Below are positions 59,045 to 64,000 of a DNA stretch of 64,000 nucleotides, piece by piece. Location: the NCBI RefSeq assembly GCF_009914755.1, contig NC_060938.1, one strand, 5' to 3'. This DNA is from the human T2T-CHM13v2.0 reference genome, Homo sapiens. Every line of letters begins with the position of its first letter. Within the stretch, counting starts at the first letter, position 1. Under the pieces are notes generated by a model that saw only the letters and a program-made list of their open reading frames with translations, did no database searches and had not been told where the DNA came from. Position numbers and translations under genes: made by a program.

Positions 59045-59127
59045 CCCAGTTCAATACAAACAAGTGAGTTTGACTCATCAGATGAAGAGCCTATTGAAGA
59101 TGAACAGACTCCAATTCATATATCATG
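59045..59127 (+). CDS. CDKN3: CDKN3 exon 2 (83 nt; PSSIQTSEFDSSDEEPIEDEQTPIHIS-W)
   Basis: Acceptor ttcttttgaag, donor TG|gtatgt; translation matches CDKN3/KAP as I recall it. Confidence 0.97.
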
Positions 59128-59285
59128 GTATGTTAGCATTTCTGATCAATGATGAGCTAAAATCACAATCTACATCATAAATGTAAATTTAGTTACATCA
59201 TAATCTTAGTAGAATGTAGTTCACATATTGAAAATGTTAAGGGATTATCCCCCTCTGATTATATAATTCTAATCATTAAAGGATC

Positions 59286-59430
59286 TTCTAACTCCATGAT
59301 TCATTTACTATCTATAATACAGAATAAGACCCTTTTTTTTTTTTTGGCCCTTCTTTATACATTCTAACTCCATGATTCATTTACTCTTTATAATATAGAA
59401 TAAGACCCTTTTTTTTTTTTTGGCCCTTCT
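59286..59430. repeat. ~75-bp tandem duplication in CDKN3 intron 2
   Basis: ttctaactccatgattcatttact...agaataagaccc(T)nggcccttct occurs twice. Confidence 0.9.
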
Positions 59431-60297
59431 ACTAACTTAGTAGAAGGAAGTAAGTAGGAAATAGAGGTAGGATTGAAATAATCTCCCATTTAGTATCAAA
59501 ATCTACTTATTCTTTTATGACAAAAGAATAATATACCAAATATGAGATGAGATATTTAATCATTTCTCATTAAATCAAATCCTAGGTAATACTTAGAAGT
59601 AATGTCACAGTAATGCATCTATCAACAGACTCTGTTTAAGATAAAAGCCACATCAATGCAATAACAAAAAGTTTCTACATAAAATCAGCCTTTTAATCTT
59701 GGCAAGTGACTTATGGTTATACCAGATTCTTTACAATGAGCAATCAAATGCTTTCTCTCATCACTGCAAATATAATAGTCTCTCTTCTTAAGAAAGCACT
59801 ATCCCTACTGTCAGAAGAGAAAGAGTGTCCTAAAGGTCTTTTGTCCTGCCATCAAATAGCATTACTTTCCATTTCCACTTAAAACTCCCATTTAAACACA
59901 AAAATTCATCTAATTTTCAAAGTCAGGTGGTATTTAGATGATGCCTCCTGTTTTCCTTTAAATCATCTTCTGACATGCAGACAAGGTGAGCCTCTGTCCC
60001 TGAGTACTGCAAACTGGGAATATGATTTCTTCACATTATTTCTTTTTAACCAAAAACCTGTGGTTTTCATCATATGAAATTATATCTGTTAAGGAAGTTC
60101 TATTTAAAAATCTTAAAATAGTAATGTAGAATAAATGCTGGGGAGAAAATTGTCCAATAGTCATTTTCCAATTCATTTTCCTAAATCACTAATACAAATT
60201 ATCTCAGGTAATATACCACAGGATAACATAAGTACACCGTATACTACCGGTTGGCAATCTAGGCATTATTATCTTTAAGGTAAATTTAAATTAACTT

Positions 60298-60439
60298 GGT
60301 TTTTTGTTTTCTTGTTTTTTGTAGAGACAGGATTTCACCTTGTTGTCCAGGCTGGTCTTGAACTCCTGGACTCAAACAGCCTGCCTGCCTTGGCCTCTCT
60401 AAGTGCTGGGATCATAGGCATGAGCCACTGCACCCAGCC
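60298..60439 (-). mobile_element. Alu monomer (FLAM-like) in intron 2
   Basis: Left-arm Alu sequence. Confidence 0.8.
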
Positions 60440-60685
60440 TAACTTGTCATTTTTAAGACTTAAATAATAACAAAGCAAATAAGTCCCTGTTTTAAAACTT
60501 TGTCTTTCTATGTTTTTTTTTGTGACCAACATATTGATACTTAACTGTGAATTCTTACTTTGTGACTACTGTAAAACTTTAACACAACTTTATTTGGTGG
60601 CAAGCACCCATATTGATTAAACTGAATTTCCATTTATAACTTTTTAAAAACTTAACTAAACATGAAAAATTTTTCTTCTTTTCAG

Positions 60686-60741
60686 GCTATCTTTGTCACG
60701 AGTGAATTGTTCTCAGTTTCTCGGTTTATGTGCTCTTCCAG
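60686..60741 (+). CDS. CDKN3: CDKN3 exon 3 (56 nt; W-LSLSRVNCSQFLGLCALP-G); gene continues beyond the window
   Basis: Acceptor ttttcttcttttcag, donor CAG|gtgggt; phase continues from exon 2. Confidence 0.96.
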
Positions 60742-60789
60742 GTGGGTAACACAATAATGGGCTTCCTATCAATATGTATATATTTTTTA

Positions 60790-61465
60790 ATATATTTTTA
60801 TTGCAGTAGCTTTTGGGGGGACAGGTGGTGTTTGGTTACATAAATAAGTTCTTTAGTGGCAATTTCTGAAATTTTGGTGCACCCATCACCAGAGCAGTAT
60901 ACAATGTACCCAATGTGAAGTCTTTTATCCTTCATCCCCCTTCCACCTGTTCCCCACCAGCCCCCGAAGTCCAATGTATCATTCTTATGCCTTTGTGTCC
61001 TCAAAGTTTACCTCCTGTTTATGAGTGAGAACATATGATGTTTGGTTTTCCATTCCTGAGTTACTTCACTTAGAATAATAGTCTCCAGTGACCGGGTGCA
61101 GTCACTCACACCCGTAATCCCAGCACTTTGGGAGGCCGAGGCAGGCAGATCACGAAGTCAGAAGATCGAGACTATCCTGGACAACATGGTGAAACCCCGT
61201 CTCTACTAAAAATACAAAAATTAGCTGGGCATGGTGGCACGTGCCTATAGTCCCAGCTACTTGGGAGGCTGAGGTAGGAGAATTGCTTTGACAGGAGGCA
61301 GGGGTTGCAGTGAGCCGAGATCGCACCACTGCACTCCAGCCTGGCAACAGAGCGAGACTCTGTCTCAAAAAAAAAAAAAAAAAGAATAATAGTCTCCAGT
61401 TCCACCCGGGTTGCTGTGAATGCCATTTTGTTCCTTTTCATGGCTGAGTAGTATTCCATGGCATG

Positions 61466-61504
<39 letters not shown>

Positions 61505-61518
61505 ATATCTCACATTTT
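60790..61518 (-). mobile_element. L1PB-type 3' end with nested Alu (+, 61089-61383; TSD agaataatagtctccagt) and (TG)n
   Basis: ggtgcacccatcaccagagcagt motif; TSD seen. Confidence 0.8.

Positions 61519-64000
<2,482 letters not shown>

Overview
Human (primate) genomic DNA, recognisable as the region upstream of and including the 5' part of CDKN3 (cyclin-dependent kinase inhibitor 3 / KAP phosphatase; chr14q22 from prior knowledge). The only host protein-coding sequence is CDKN3 exons 1-3 (+ strand, 56216-60741), driven by a CpG-island promoter with CCAAT, GC-box and CHR-like elements. The other ~55 kb is intergenic and repeat-rich: Alus (including a young AluYb8), L1s, MaLR/ERVL/ERV1 LTRs, a near full-length Tigger1, and simple repeats. 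Nearly all ORF-track entries are spurious or L1-derived. The most interesting structures are: (1) an LTR12 inserted in opposite orientation inside another LTR12, 2-5 kb upstream of CDKN3, giving a candidate divergent promoter and long inverted repeats; (2) several competing splice sites around CDKN3 exons 1-3; (3) a ~10 kb decayed MER21 provirus with a tRNA-Leu PBS and nested insertions; (4) a perfect 21-bp hairpin-unit minisatellite; (5) several retrotransposition and repair scars. I found no convincing wholly new gene system. Repeat subfamily names are from memory of consensus sequences and were not computed.
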